Shown here: positions 1-14,969 of the stretch, in pieces
Layout: the number at the start of each line of letters is the position of its first letter
How positions within the stretch are numbered: position 1 is the first letter of the stretch
DNA from: Octopus sinensis
Lineage: Eukaryota
Direction: 5' to 3'
Assembly: GCF_006345805.1 (NCBI RefSeq)
Contig: NC_043010.1
Coordinates: 7,502,001 to 7,566,000 of the forward strand
Length of the DNA stretch: 64,000 nt
Notes under the pieces: model-generated
Seen by the model: the letters and a program-made list of their open reading frames with translations, nothing else
What the model was told of the DNA's origin: nothing
The model's database searches: none
Translations under genes and position numbers: made by a program

Positions 1-603
1 GTGGTTAAGAAGCTTATTTCACAGCAATATGGTCTCAGGTTCCAACCCACTACACAGTAACTTTTGGCATGTGTGGTTTTCAACAATTGCTTTGAGCTGA
101 TCAAAGCATTGAGAGTAGATTTATTAGAGGAAAACTAAAAGAGCTTATATATATATATATTGCATATGTATGTTGTGTTTGTATGTATCCTGGTCTTGAT
201 ATGACATGATGGTTGTAAAAGGGCATCAGCATCACACAAGCAGTGTTGTTTATCATCATTCTTCCATGAGATGCATGTCCAGTTATGGGAAATATTTCCT
301 TGTTTGGAAATGGGTGAAGGCTAGCAATGGGAAGGGCGTCTAGTCAAAGAAAATCTGCTTCAAAAACTTCTATGTGATCCATGCCAGTGTGGAAAAGTGT
401 ACATTAATTGATGATGATGAATTTTATCATCAGTATATTTCACCAGATGAGCAACCTTTATTTACCTATATATAACTATATACATTTATATGTGTATATA
501 TTTATATGTGTGTATATATATAAATAAATATGTATATAAATGTATATATATTTGTATATATATATATATATAAAATGTATGATTTTATTTGTGTTGTGTG
601 TAC

Positions 604-820
<217 letters not shown>

Positions 821-1791
821 CAATCCCTACATATTCCTTTCTCTTTCTTTTTTTCTTTCTCTTTCTCCATTTCTTTTCCTCAACCTTTTCTGTCAAAGAG
901 CATATGCTCGAAATATCAAAGACTTCACCATTCTTCCTAGGCATCAAACTAATACACCTGCTTGTTATTTCCTCACCTGTATTCATCTTTTGTCATCTGT
1001 AAATTTGAATTTTATATATACACACACACACACACCACACACACACATTATACATATATATGTTCAATGGTGCATCCATCATTCATCAATGAGGTTTCAG
1101 TTATTCAATCAAAATGAATTATTCAATCAAATGAACTGAACAAACAAGTGGTTTGCCATTACACAGACACATGTTTCCTTAAGATTATTCTTAACCACTA
1201 TCAATATGATACTGTACATAATGTGGTTATGCTTTGTGAATTACAAGTACAAACAATCCTGTGAGCTTCTGCATAATTTCTGTGAAGCCCATTTCATGCG
1301 CAAAATATGGATTGACTTGAAGATATGGAAAATATTAGTCCAAGATGTCAGAGAGTGGGATGAAACCAGATGTCATGTGGTTGCAAAACAAAATTTCAGC
1401 GATTTACGCCTACATAAATATGTATATGTATGTGTATAAATACATACATTTATATACACATACATGCAGACATTTATACACACATACAGACAAAAGTACT
1501 TTACACACATGCATGCATACATACATACATATATACATACATACATATGGGTACACTTCCTTTTAATGGTTACAAAGAAGTTACCACTATGGTACATAAG
1601 CACACAGCACCAAGTGCTCTGCTTCTCATCGCAGAAACAGCTGTAAGCTAATGAAATTCATTGCATAAATCTTGTTCTTGTGTCATTCATTAACTTTGTA
1701 CTCTCTTGCCACTTTCTTCTAAAATATTAATATATTGAGTTCTCATGATTGGTTATTAGTATCCCTCTGAGTTAGCAAAATCAAATATATG

Positions 1792-1846
<55 letters not shown>

Positions 1847-1926
1847 TATATGTATGTATGTGTCTATGTATCTATCTATCTACCTATCTATGTTTATATT
1901 CATATCCCTCTCTAGATATGTATATG

Positions 1927-2007
<81 letters not shown>

Positions 2008-2939
2008 TATATACATACATACATACATACATACATACATGTATATATATATGTGGTGTGTGTGTATGTATAGATGTATATGTACATGTATATATGTATA
2101 TATGTATATGTAATATAGTTTAATGATAATCATACTAACAAATAAATTCCTCTTACTCTGAGTTTTGTGAATGATCCTGGACATATGCTCACCAGATATA
2201 TGAGTTATGGATTTTGGTTGATCACAGCAAAGATAGCTGCAGTGGAGGATCAATGTGCAATACATTTCAGGATTATTTACTTTACCAAAAATATATCTAC
2301 AAAAAGTGAGATTGTGTATGCATGTTCCAAGTTTTAGTCTATAGTTCCACAAATTATTTTTTCATCAGAGCACGTCATTTCAAGGAAAACTTCAGACACT
2401 AGGTGACATATTTTGAAGCTGCCACAAGAAACTGTAATTAACAGCAGAAAAAATTACCGATGAAAAAATAAATAACTTAGTGCAATTATGTAAAGTAAAA
2501 ATTGAAACTAGTTCTCACAGAAAATTGAAATACAGGTAAGAGTAACATATTATTTATGGATTATATTTGTTTTTCCTTTGCAAATTGTTATGAAGCACAA
2601 ATTGGATTCTCTCTTCTGGATGGCATGGATGCAACAGTTCTGTTAGTAACAATATTTGAAGACCAACTGAGAATTGCCAGCATATTATTAACAAAGAATA
2701 TAGAAAATATAATGAAATCATATGATTCAATTTATGTTGGTATTGGGGAAACTATGTTAAGCTGGGTACATTTGTTAGTATGTGTTTGTTTGTTTATTTA
2801 TGACATGTTTTTTTTAATTATATATACAGGTGTGTCATAATTTCCATTATTTTAATTTTATCTAATCCTTAATTGGTTAAATAAGGCATTAAAGGTGAAA
2901 ACTGGAGTCCCTGTAGAACCAATATTATATGGTCCTGTG

Positions 2940-3087
2940 TGTTTATATATGTATGTATATATATATATATATATATATATACATGTGTGTGTGTGTGTGT
3001 GTATGAATATATATATGTGTGTGTATATATATATATACATACACACACATATATATATATATGTGTGTGTTTGTGTGTATGTATATA

Positions 3088-3142
<55 letters not shown>

Positions 3143-3524
3143 ACACATTTATATATATACATGCACACACACACACACATATATATTATATATATATATA
3201 TAATGTATTTATGTATGCATGTATATACTAATCAATGTAGATGCAGTATTCTATGATCAAAAGGCCTTCATCTTCAGGCAAAATGCTAGTTGGTTTCAAG
3301 TAAGGTACATCTTTTTGAGATTTGCATTTCAAACAGCTGAGCTGCAGCACGTTTTGTTTCTGTAGCACTTAATAAGTCTGCAACACAAGAAGTGTCTTTG
3401 TGAACTCACACACAAATATATACCCATAAACACAAACACACATGCATACATATATATATGCATATACATATATCGTATATATATATATGTATGTGTTACA
3501 TCTATGTGTTTGTATGTGTGTGTA

Positions 3525-3577
<53 letters not shown>

Positions 3578-3772
3578 CATGTGTGTGTGTTTGTATATAT
3601 ATATATATAAAACAGTATATATGTAGCACTATGTATGAATATATATATTCATATATATGCATATATATGTATATATATGTGTGGATATATATGTGTGTAT
3701 ACATATAAATTCATAGATAGTGCTACATATATGCTGATACATATATGTATGCATTTATATATATGTAGATAC

Positions 3773-3803
<31 letters not shown>

Positions 3804-3810
3804 TGTATAT

Positions 3811-3858
<48 letters not shown>

Positions 3859-4274
3859 ATATGTACATATATACATACATGTATATGTACAAATGCATAT
3901 ATAAACACATATATATGTACATATGTAAATTTATTAGATGCATATATTAAAAGTATGAATATACATATATAGATAAATATACATATATATACATATGTAT
4001 TATTATTATTATTATTATCATCATTATGACACATTATTTAATAACATTTTGCTTTGGCTCCATGCAGCTTAAAGTTTTGTAGCCTCATCAGACGAATCTC
4101 ACAAGCTTGATGAAAGTTTCAGCTGCGTGGAGCCAAATTAAACTTATTTAATAATATATATAGCTATTACTGAATCTGTTCAGTGCCTCTTTCTTTTGCA
4201 TCTCCTCTCACACATATGTGTGTATATATATGTATGTATATATCTATATCTATATCTACATATATATGTGTGTG

Positions 4275-4319
<45 letters not shown>

Positions 4320-4660
4320 CTATATATGTGTGTGTATGTATGTATATATATGTATGTGTGTGTATACATGCTTTGATATATATAAGTATGTATGTAACTA
4401 TACACACATACATATATATATATATGTATGTATATATGCATTCTCACATAGATACACAAATATGCAGATATACTTTTGCATGTATACATATATGTATATA
4501 TAAATGTTTATATATATGTATATATAAATGTTTATATATATGTATATATAAATGTGTGTATTTCTGTATATATGTATACACACACACACGCACACATACA
4601 CATGCACACATACATATACATACATACATACACACATATATATGTGTGTGCGTGTGTATA
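2940..4660. repeat. Extended (AT)n/(GT)n/(CA)n low-complexity field
   Basis: Direct reading; source of the many YIYI/HTHT ORFs. Confidence 0.9.
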
Positions 4661-5881
4661 TATATATACTTATACTTTTTCAGCTCACCAACTTAGACAT
4701 GCTGCCAAATAAATATATGTGAATGTTCAATAGTGTATTCCAGTCAGTTTTAAATTATAATGAAAAGCAGTTTCTTGTTAATATTTATTGTCGGTATTTT
4801 CTTTATTAGAAATAATATTTTTCCTGCCCTTCAACTCTCCCATGTTTATGAATTACCTCTGCACATTTGATAAAACTAAACATACAATACCAGTGCATTT
4901 CTTGCTAAACAGAGATTAATAGTATATAGTGACTGAAGGTGTTAGATCTGTTATAGCAAAATAGTTTGAACTAGTCTGTATATAATTATGTTTTCAAAGA
5001 ACATTTATGAGAGTTGTTATACTTTATTATGTTTGCCGTGTGTAAAGTTGTCTTCCTTCATCCAACTATACTACTTGTATTGGAATATGTGTAGTGTTCA
5101 GTTATGTAAAATCCTAAATTTGAAAAGAAAAACATTTTTACAAACTGTCTGTGTATGAGTGTATGTGTGCATATAGATACGTGTGTCAGTGTGTGTTCAT
5201 GTATATGTGTGCATCAGTTAATATTCTGAAAGTGATAGAGTTTGTAAATTTTTAACTTTACATAATGAAAGTAGTCCAACAAAAGATAAACATGATACAA
5301 CCTAATAAAATATATAGAAATAAACTATAAACAGAAAAATTGTATAAGAAAACTAAATATAAACTGTAGAAAGACCCTACACAAACCTAGAATTATTTTT
5401 GTTTCTCATGATAATTTTATTCTATCATATCTTTATCGGAAGTAAAATAATTGTCAAGTTAAATTATATTAGAGAAAACAACTATAGTTGTCAGTGGTGT
5501 TAAAATAAATTCAAAGTATTTTCAAAATAAACAGGTATTTTTCTTCCTTTACTTAAACTGTTCCCTTAGTTTCTGTCACTTTCTTACTTTTTACTTAATC
5601 TCACCAGCAAATATTTCTCACAAAACAGCTTATATTTTATAACTATAAACTACAAATAACAAGTTTAATTACAGGCAGTTCTATATTCAAATGTTGTAGT
5701 TTAATAAATACTTTTTTAGATTGGAATAAAACTATTTAAAAAGAAGTGTAGTGGATAAACAAGTGAAAAAATACTGTGTTTGAAAAGAAAATTTAATAAA
5801 CATGCATCAAACTGCAAAAAAACATGCATCATATGTGTTAATAGTGAAAACTTGCAATGTGAAAAACGATAGATTACTTAC

Positions 5882-6140
5882 TTGTTACAAATAAATCTTC
5901 TGCAGTCTGTTTTTACATGAAATGTGTATCCTGCTGTAGAGTTATACAGTTACTGCTGCTGTTGGTGTGAGTTGTGTGAATATGAGAGAGAGAGAGAGAC
6001 CTGTAGTTTTACCATGTAGGGTGTGTGTGTAGTGTGTGTAACAGCCAATGACAGGCTGCCTAGAGGTCACATGAAAAGGAACCAAACCAATGTCTCTAAT
6101 TTGAGCTGCTTACAACTTGAGCAGACAGAAATATGACTCA
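5882..6140 (-). promoter_or_regulatory. Candidate promoter plus non-coding first exon of a leftward transcript
   Basis: Perfect minus-strand donor AA|GTAAGT (5881-5876). CCAAT at 6045 and 6087, GTCACATGA E-box at 6066 and TGACTCA at 6134. Lies in a SINE-free stretch. Confidence 0.35.
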
Positions 6141-8160
6141 CTTATTATCTTAGTGCTTAATTTTTTAACAAACTAATAAAAAGAAAAGATAAGGTAAATT
6201 TCAATAGTCAAATTTTCAGTTATATTATGAAATATTTTTATCAAATAAAAATCATTTTCACTTCAACTAAAAGAAAACTATTAAGTGAGGAAGTAATGCT
6301 ATTCACTAGCAAGTTGCATTCATAGTCTTAAACAAACATTTATAGGGTTTCAAAGTCCATGTAGTAAGGACACTACTGCTTGCTAATGCAATTTTATACA
6401 AAATTGATATAAAGAATTCACAATAACCATTTTATATCTGAGAGGAACGTTCCTGAAATACAAATATGTTTCCCATTCAATAATCAATACCAGGGGAAGG
6501 AGTATTGATTTCTTCTTAGTATTGGATATGTTTTTCTTTTTTTTAATATTTTTTTTATTCTGTCAAGTTGCAAAATCATTATTGAATTTTCTTCTAGACT
6601 TTTTTTTTTATCAGAACATGTGGAAAATATGCGAAAGAATACCAACTAATTAGAAAATTAGAGAAAAGACACCAACATGATAAAATTTTCTGAATAAACA
6701 ATTGTGTAAAATGCAATTAAATTAATTGGAGAGAAAAATATGTTGTGTTGAGAAGTATAGACAAAATATCTAGATTTATTGAACAGAATCTTTTTCATTG
6801 TATTCAATATTGCAAGCAGTGTGCCACGTTGCCATCGGCAGGTTTTCAATCAATATAACAAGCTAACAAAAAGAAATGTTGGCTGAGCAAGGACCTTCTC
6901 ACAGAGATGTCAATCATTTCAACGAATTTTTTTCGAAGCTGTCACTATATAAAATGATTTGTGTTTTCATTTCAAGTTTGATATTGTATTTTTGGCTGAC
7001 GACGCCATTGAAACACAGAATCCTGTCTTAACTCTTATAATACAGAGCACTTTAAGAAGAAATGGAAAACGGAATAATTTTTGTCTTCTTTTGACAGAGG
7101 CAAATAATATTTTCTTTTATTAGTAAATAACTAAAGCCTTGTTGATGAATTAATGAATAACTGAAATTAAAAGAAATAACACTTCTAAGATGGTAATTTC
7201 CTTGAACTGGAATAAAATTTTGGTCTCTTTTTAATTCAAGTTTTTTTCTTGTTCCATCTTTTGTTTCGGGTTTTTGAATAGATTCTTTGTGGAATATGCA
7301 ATGTATTTCAAAGGTTAAAGAGAAGTTAACCCCAATGGTTTTAGATGTTTTCAATAAGGATTTCTTGATATTTCAATAAGAGTCTTGGATAAGATAACAG
7401 GAAGGTTTAATTTTTGCCATTGATGAACTTAAAAACATGTAAGTAATTTCATTCTGAAATAGTTCCCAATACAAGCAAAAATGTTTTTTAAATCTCAAAA
7501 AGCTACTAGCCATGACTCAAATGCTACCAGTGAAAATTTTTACCAATCAGTGTGAATGCAAGTAATACACATTACTTTGTAACACTATTTCATTGTTCTC
7601 TTTTTGGAAATATTCTCTAAGCCAAGTATTTAAAAACTTTTTTTTCTTGCCTGCAACTAGATAGGAATTTTCTTGAGAGTTGTATTATATTTATTTTTTT
7701 CTCAAAATTTTGAAAGATTTTGTGTAAATGTCCAGTAATTAATATGAACGTTAGAATTCTTTGCCATCATAGCTGTCACTGTTGTCAGCATCACCCCATC
7801 ATCCTCATCTTCATCACAACCAATACCACCTCTACCTCCATCATCTCCAGATATCTTGGTAAAACGAACAGAATACAAATTTCCAAAATCATTACAGGTA
7901 GCATGTGCCCCTGGATATATTTCATTCTACTTCCCTTACAAAATAGTTCCCTTATTCTTAATGTAGAATGAAATCTACTTTTACAATTAATTAAGGACTG
8001 TAGTAGTAGCTGAAATATTAAAGTAAATGACAAAATGCTTTGATGTATTCAGTTGTATTCCTATTGGTTCATGGTTCAAACTCAACAGAGCTAATCACTG
8101 GAATTTTATCCCTGAATGGAACTATGGATAAATTCAACTGGCTATATCCTTCCATTTAAT

Positions 8161-8560
8161 CTTTTACTCTTTTACTTGTTTCAGTCATTTGACTGCAGCC
8201 ATGCTGGAGCACCGTCTTTAGTCGAGCAAATCGACCCCGGGACTTATTCTTTGTAAGCCCAGTACTTATTCTATCGGTCTCTTTTGCCGAACCACTAAGT
8301 GACGGGGATGTAAACACACCAGCATCGGTTGTCAAGCAATGCTAGGGGGACAAACACAGACAAACAAACCCCCCACACATACACACATATATATATATAT
8401 ACATATATACGACAGGCTTCTTTCAGTTTCCGTCTACAAAATCCACTCACAAGGCATTGGTCGGCCCGGGGCTATAGCAGAAGACACTTGCCCAAGATGC
8501 CACGCAGTGGGACTGAACCCGGAACCATGTGGTTGGTTAGCAAGCTACTTACCACACAGC
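8161..8560 (-). mobile_element. tRNA-derived SINE family A (young subfamily)
   Basis: Matches other copies (gctgtgtggtaagtagcttgct...ggttccgggttcagtccc...aaacaagtaaaagagta tail). Confidence 0.9.
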
Positions 8561-9415
8561 AAAACTAAAATGGTCTTGCACTGAAGTAGTTTCTCAATTT
8601 GCCAGAATTAACAGCTAAATCTACCGCATATCACAGCCTACCAATAAACTTGAATGCAGAAAAGATGAATGAGATAGGCTAGTCCTAGATAGATGCCCTT
8701 AAAAAGTTAGAAGGATAAAAGTAGGAATGTATTTTATGATAGGTCTGCGATCAGGATTTACTTGAGTGCAAACACGAAAAACGACAACAACAGACATCAT
8801 CATTTTTGCCAAGCACGTGTTCTAACTATATCTTACTTTTTATATATGTGTGTATATGTGTATTTGTGTGTGTGTGTGCACATGCATACACACACACACA
8901 TACAGATATATAGTCGGTTAATGAAATCTAAAACACTACATTGGTTCTTGTTCTCAGTTGAAATACATATATATCCTTAAGGATGAATTTCTTGACATTT
9001 CCATCTCTAATAACTCCAAGACCTTATATGTTACCAAAAAGAAAAATTAATCATCGTGACGACTATTGTTCTAGAGGCATGTCATGTGATGTGTACATGA
9101 TGTGGGTTTTTTTTTTTTTATACTGCATGCATAGGTTCAGTTTCAGTTCCTAATTAGAATCACTGGAGTTGCTAAAATATATCATTCAGAAAGACATGAA
9201 TGGGATACCTTCTCTTTGTTTTATTTTACAGATGCTGTTATGGCTGTGCTATTCAGATCTTCATTTACAACCATGCAGCCTTGGGTTCAATGATCCTGTA
9301 TGCCACATTTGAGAAGATATTTCTATTGTAACCTCAGTTTGTCAACTACCTTGTGAACTGCATTTGACAGATGGAAACTGTGCAGAAGGTTGCTCTTGTG
9401 GCCTATGTGTTTACA

Positions 9416-9797
9416 TGGCTGTGTGTTAAGAAGGTTGCTTCCCAGCCACATGGTTCTGAGTTCAGTCCCACTGCATGGCACCATGAGCAAGTGTCTCCTA
9501 CTACAGCCTTAGGCTGACTAAAGGCTTGTGAGTGGATCTGGTAGACAGAAACTGAAAGAAGCCTGTTGTATATATGTATATATTTATGTCCCCCACTACC
9601 ACCACCACTGCTTGACAAACAGTGTCAGTGTGTTTGTATTCCTGTAACTTAGTGGTTCAGTAAAAGAGACTGATAGAATAAGTACTAGGCTTACAAAGAA
9701 TAAGTCTCGGGGATCGATTTGTTTGACCAAAAATCCTTTAAGGCAATGCTCCAGCATGGCTGCAGTCAAATGATTGAAACAAGTAAAGGAATAAAAG
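9416..9797 (+). mobile_element. SINE family A (older copy)
   Basis: Colinear homology to family A head, body and tail. Confidence 0.85.
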
Positions 9798-10144
9798 CAA
9801 AAAATTATTTGTTTATCAATCTTTTTGTGCATGTGAAAGGATAGACCCAACACTTCCTCTGCATGTCATAAAAGGCAACTAAAAGAGGTTGAGATAAGAT
9901 TTACATTCTGGCCTCCTAAAACTCTCACCAGTAATGACTACTCAAGTAGACCCATGTACTGGAGGGTTGTTGCCTGAGTGGTGCAAAGGTGTCATCTGCC
10001 AGAAAGAGGGAGCCACCGACAAATAACGGACATAGCAATGTGCTGTTATGGTGCACTTCCACTGCATGGCATCATGGGTAAGTTTCTTCTAATATAGCCC
10101 CACACCAATCAGAGCTTCGTGAGTTGATTTGGTAGGTACATAAA

Positions 10145-10273
10145 CTAACATATATATATATATATTATATATATATATATATATACATATATATATAACA
10201 TATATATATATACATATATATATATACATACATATATACATACATATATACATATATATAATACATCATATAC

Positions 10274-10304
<31 letters not shown>

Positions 10305-10371
10305 AATATATACACACATACATATACACATATATATATATATACATATATATATATACACATACATATAC

Positions 10372-10424
<53 letters not shown>

Positions 10425-10500
10425 CATATACACATACATATACATATATATATACATATATATACATATATATACACATACATGTACATATATATATATA
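10145..10500. repeat. (AT)n/(CATA)n microsatellite
   Basis: Direct reading. Confidence 0.95.
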
Positions 10501-10593
10501 GATATATTATTTTTTACTCTTTTCAGTCATTAGACTGCAGCTACGCTGTATATATGTGTGTGTATATAGAAGCATGTATGTGTATATTATGTA

Positions 10594-10634
<41 letters not shown>

Positions 10635-11053
10635 TAAGCAAAACTAAAGAATTAGTTCTGAAATTATTTAATTATGTAATTAAATAATTTCAGAACCATT
10701 TCTCCAGTTTTGTTTTTCTACCTGTGTACTCTGTGATGTTGGTAACCATGGAGACCAGTAGTAGTAAAGTTCGACTTTAGTACACAGGTGTTCTCTTCAC
10801 AGCTTCACAGCTTTCGCTTTTGATGTATAGGGATGCACAGTTATAAATACTAGTTGTATGTCATGCAATTTAAATGGAACTAAGCATATATGTATATACA
10901 TATATGTATAGGTTATGTATGTATGTATGTATGCATGCATGCATGTATTATGTATGTATGTATGTATGTATGCATGTATGTATGTATGTATGTATGTATG
11001 TATGTATGTATGTATGTATGTATGCATGCATATATATATATGCATACCTCAAT

Positions 11054-11111
<58 letters not shown>

Positions 11112-11184
11112 TATGTGCATACATACATCTATATATATATATATGTACTGAAGTATGCATATGTATGTGTATGTGTGTGTATAT

Positions 11185-11340
11185 AGGAGTGTGCGTGGGG
11201 TAAGAAGCTTGTTTCCTAACCACATAGCTCCACGTTCAGTCCCACTGTATGGCACCTTGGGCAAGTGCCTTCTACTATAGCCTTGGGCTGACCAAAGCCT
11301 TGTGCGTGGATTTTGTAGATGAAAACTGAAAGAAGCCATC
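11185..11340 (+). mobile_element. SINE family A, 5' half
   Basis: Head homology; ends in (AT)n. Confidence 0.8.
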
Positions 11341-11393
<53 letters not shown>

Positions 11394-11413
11394 CTTAATT
11401 ATCCTCTCACACC

Positions 11414-11465
11414 GTCTCTGATGAAGGGAAGTTATTAATAAATATCCTAGAAACAGCTGCAAGAC
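11414..11465 (+). ncRNA. Minimal type I hammerhead ribozyme motif, Penelope-like, probably inactivated
   Basis: Stem I GTCT/AGAC, core CTGATGA (11418-11424), stem II GGGA/TCCT, GAAA (11450-11453), near-palindromic stem III ACAGCTGC. The U16.1 position is C. Confidence 0.65.
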
Positions 11466-11542
11466 CTTCTATCTATAAATGCTCTAATATCTACTCATCT
11501 ACACAACCTTGTTCTTTTATCTTATTACGCAAAAAATTCTTA

Positions 11543-11574
<32 letters not shown>

Positions 11575-11579
11575 TATAT

Positions 11580-11637
<58 letters not shown>

Positions 11638-12276
11638 CAGGTGCATGTGTGTGTGTTCATGTGTTATGTCTGTATGTGTGCATGCATGCATGTGCAGTTG
11701 TGTGTATTTGTGTGGTTGTTTAAACTGTGCCTCTCTAAAAATTGCTTAGCTATGGCCAGTGACATTGCTCTCAGTTTTCTTGTCAACAGGTCATCCACTG
11801 TTTTTTAAGCTTTTGGAAATATGTGGAACAGAGTATCTTCCACCTGAAACACAGGTAAGCATTAGTTATAGGAAGGGCAGCCAGTTGTAAAATTTGGTAG
11901 ATTATTTTCATTTCTGTTGCATTCAGCTTCAGCAATTATTTCAATATCTTAATACAATTAATAGGCTCAATAAATTATTTATCTTACCCATACTAGCATG
12001 ATAAAAGCAAATGTTAAAACGAACGAATGTGTTCCTATGTTTATGTTTACATGTAAAACAAATGGCTAGCTTTATGTCCTTTTCGGAAAACTATAAGTTA
12101 ACCAATTGTTAAACTAAGACTGATAAAAAAGAAATCAATCTGAAATAAGAACTGGCACTGGAACCAATATTACCAGCTAAAAAAACCTTAGACAGTGCCC
12201 CAGCATGGCCACAGTCTAATCACTGAAACCAGTAAAAGAATTAACCAAATTATAGATTTGAGACTTCATGAAATAA

Positions 12277-12683
12277 TTTACTCTTTTACTTGTTACAGTC
12301 ATTTGACTGCGGCCATGCTGGAGCACCACCTTTAGTCGAGCAAATCGACCCCGGGACTTATTCTTTGTAAGCCCAGTACTTATTCTATCGGTCTCTTTTG
12401 CCGAACCGCTAATTGATGGGGATGTAAACACACCAGCATCGGTTGTCAAGCAATGCTAGAGGGACAAACACAGACACACAACCCCCCCCACACACACACA
12501 CACATATATATACATATATACAACAGGCTTCTTTCAGTTTCCGTCTACCAAATCCACTCACAAGGCATTGGTCGGCCCGGGGCTATAGCAGAAGATACTT
12601 GCCCAAGATGCCACGCAGTGGGACTGAACCCGGAACCATGTGGTTGGTTAGCAAGCTACTTACCACACAGCCACTCCTGCGCC
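12277..12683 (-). mobile_element. SINE family A, full length, young
   Basis: ggcgcaggagtggctgtgtgg head through to aaacaagtaaaagagta tail on the minus strand. Confidence 0.92.
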
Positions 12684-13367
12684 TATAATTGCTGTTTTTA
12701 ATATTGTCTTTCGTGTTGTTACTATTCATAACATTTAAGAATTGCTTGGCAAAACAGAAGAGATGCAGACTATGAGCTTCATTGCTCTTTGTTATGAGCT
12801 CGAATTCTCTTTGGGATAATATATATACATATAAATATATATGTGTGTGTGTGTGTGAGAGGTATATACAAGGACTGATTGAATTAATTATGCACCTCTC
12901 TCCAGGAGGCGTTTTTGTAACAATATGACTAATTGTGATTAACCATACTAAACATTATAAAATTAGCAATAAAAACTTCATGTGTGGTAGTATTTCTTTC
13001 TCAATAGCTATGTTGTTTAGTGTGGGTTGGATGTTTGTGCAAATCTTAGGTAAATGTAAAAATTTGGTAGAGTATTTTCATTTCTGCTGCATTCAGCTTT
13101 GGCAATTATTTCAATGTTTGTATACAATCAATATGCTAACATATAGACTCACAGTCTAGTTGCAACTGTGTAATGCACTTACACACACATGCACACATAC
13201 GCACACATATGCACACATACACACACACACTCACAAACGCATGTACAAGCTCACACATACACACACAAACAAACAAAGAAACAAGCAAACAAATCATTTT
13301 GCTATATTTCTGACAGAACTGATAAAAATATATAGCTAAATAACAAATTATGAATTTCCCTACCTCT

Positions 13368-13369
13368 TA

Positions 13370-13416
<47 letters not shown>

Positions 13417-13500
13417 TAATAATAATAATAAAATAATAATAATAATAATTAATAATAATAATATAATAATAATAATAATAATACACCACAATAACAACAA
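13368..13500. repeat. (AAT)n microsatellite
   Basis: Direct reading. Confidence 0.95.
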
Positions 13501-14751
13501 TAATATAGAAAAGCAAAAAAAAAAAATCTTTGTTAAAAATTCTATACCGTCTTAATAGCAAGTAAGACATTAGAAAGATTCTGAAATAGGTATTTTCTAG
13601 CTTAGCACATCACAAAAATGCCACAAACTGTGTTGCTTTCAATACTGTTTGTGGAAGATGTGTCATAAGGTTTTGACAGCAGCTTTTACCAGTCTCTCCC
13701 CTGCAATAAAATTTTTATTTATATTTTATAATCAACTGCCATCATTTTTTTTTATTTTTTTATTTTTCTATGTTTTGTGTGACTTGTAAATATGCCAGAA
13801 AAGATTTGAAATTCTTAGCTCCGAAGTATTTTCAGCTACGGTTTAACTTTATTCTTGACTGATATATTGTAGAAAATTGTAATTATTCCTTACTCAGTAC
13901 TTCGTAATTAAATAAAAGTAATGAATTTCATTAAATAAGTTAAAAATAGATAAAATTATCACTGGTGTTATTTCAGCCTGCCAATTTCCATTAATTGGTC
14001 AGAAGCATATTAGTAACCCATGTAATTAAAAGAAAATCTCATCACGGGATCCAGGTATTATGTTCATTAAAATAGTCGAGAGCAATGGATAATGATATTT
14101 TAGGATATACATTAATTATGAAGGCATTTCTAAAAATATATAACGAGCAATAGCCTAATCTTCAGAAACTTGCTCGTCTCCTTTCTTTCTCTGCTTAGCT
14201 TTATATTAAATTTCTTTGTAATGATTGCTGCTATGATGACTTTAAACATAATTTTCAATTTGAATACCAAGCCAAAATAATCTTACTAATAACTAATCTC
14301 TAAACACTAGACACTATGAAGGTGACTTTAAAATACTCGGCATTGTTGTATTTCAAAATTCTTTATTTTCTATTGTACTACTATCTATTTTATTCTACAA
14401 TAGTGCTAATAATCTTCTCATCTCAATATGAACTTAATGTATAAAAATAAATATCGCCTCAACATTAGCAGCAATAATTTTGGTTATAAAGATCAATTCT
14501 TCAAAATATATTATCATATTCATATACAATAGATGATGAGTACTTATAATTGATGCCAACAGAGTTTCCTCAAAATATGGCAAAAACACTTTTTCAAAAC
14601 CTTCCACAATAGATACATCGTGCAAATTATCCAAATAAATAAATGAAGTTTCTTGTTTAATAAGCTATCAGACCAACTGTAGCCCAAACCTTAGAATAAG
14701 CACCCAGATCTCTTTCATTAATATTGGTTTCAAATTTTGGTTCAATGCCAA

Positions 14752-14875
14752 CAATCTCGAGGGAGAGATAAAGTTGATTACATCGACCCCAGTACTTCAC
14801 TGGTAATTATTTTATCGACCCTGAAAGTATGAAAGGCAAAGTCAACCCCAGCTGCATTTGAACTCCGAACACTCT
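14752..14875 (-). mobile_element. SINE family C-related fragment
   Basis: tcgaccccagtact...tatcgaccctgaaagtatgaaaggcaaagtcaac core shared with family C. Confidence 0.75.
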
Positions 14876-14930
14876 TTTATTTAATATTACCGCCTGCTTC
14901 CTAGGATTAGGAATCTCTGAATACACACAC

Positions 14931-14969
<39 letters not shown>

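Noticed and set aside
2556-2840. 94-aa non-repetitive ORF and nearby plus-strand splice-like sites
   Set aside because: No recognisable domain and no consistent exon chain; remains unresolved.
11790-11855. Plus-strand exon-like segment GHPLFFKLLEICGTEYLPPETQ with GTAAGC donor
   Set aside because: The 3' half resembles dispersed SINE sequence and no compatible neighbouring exons were found.
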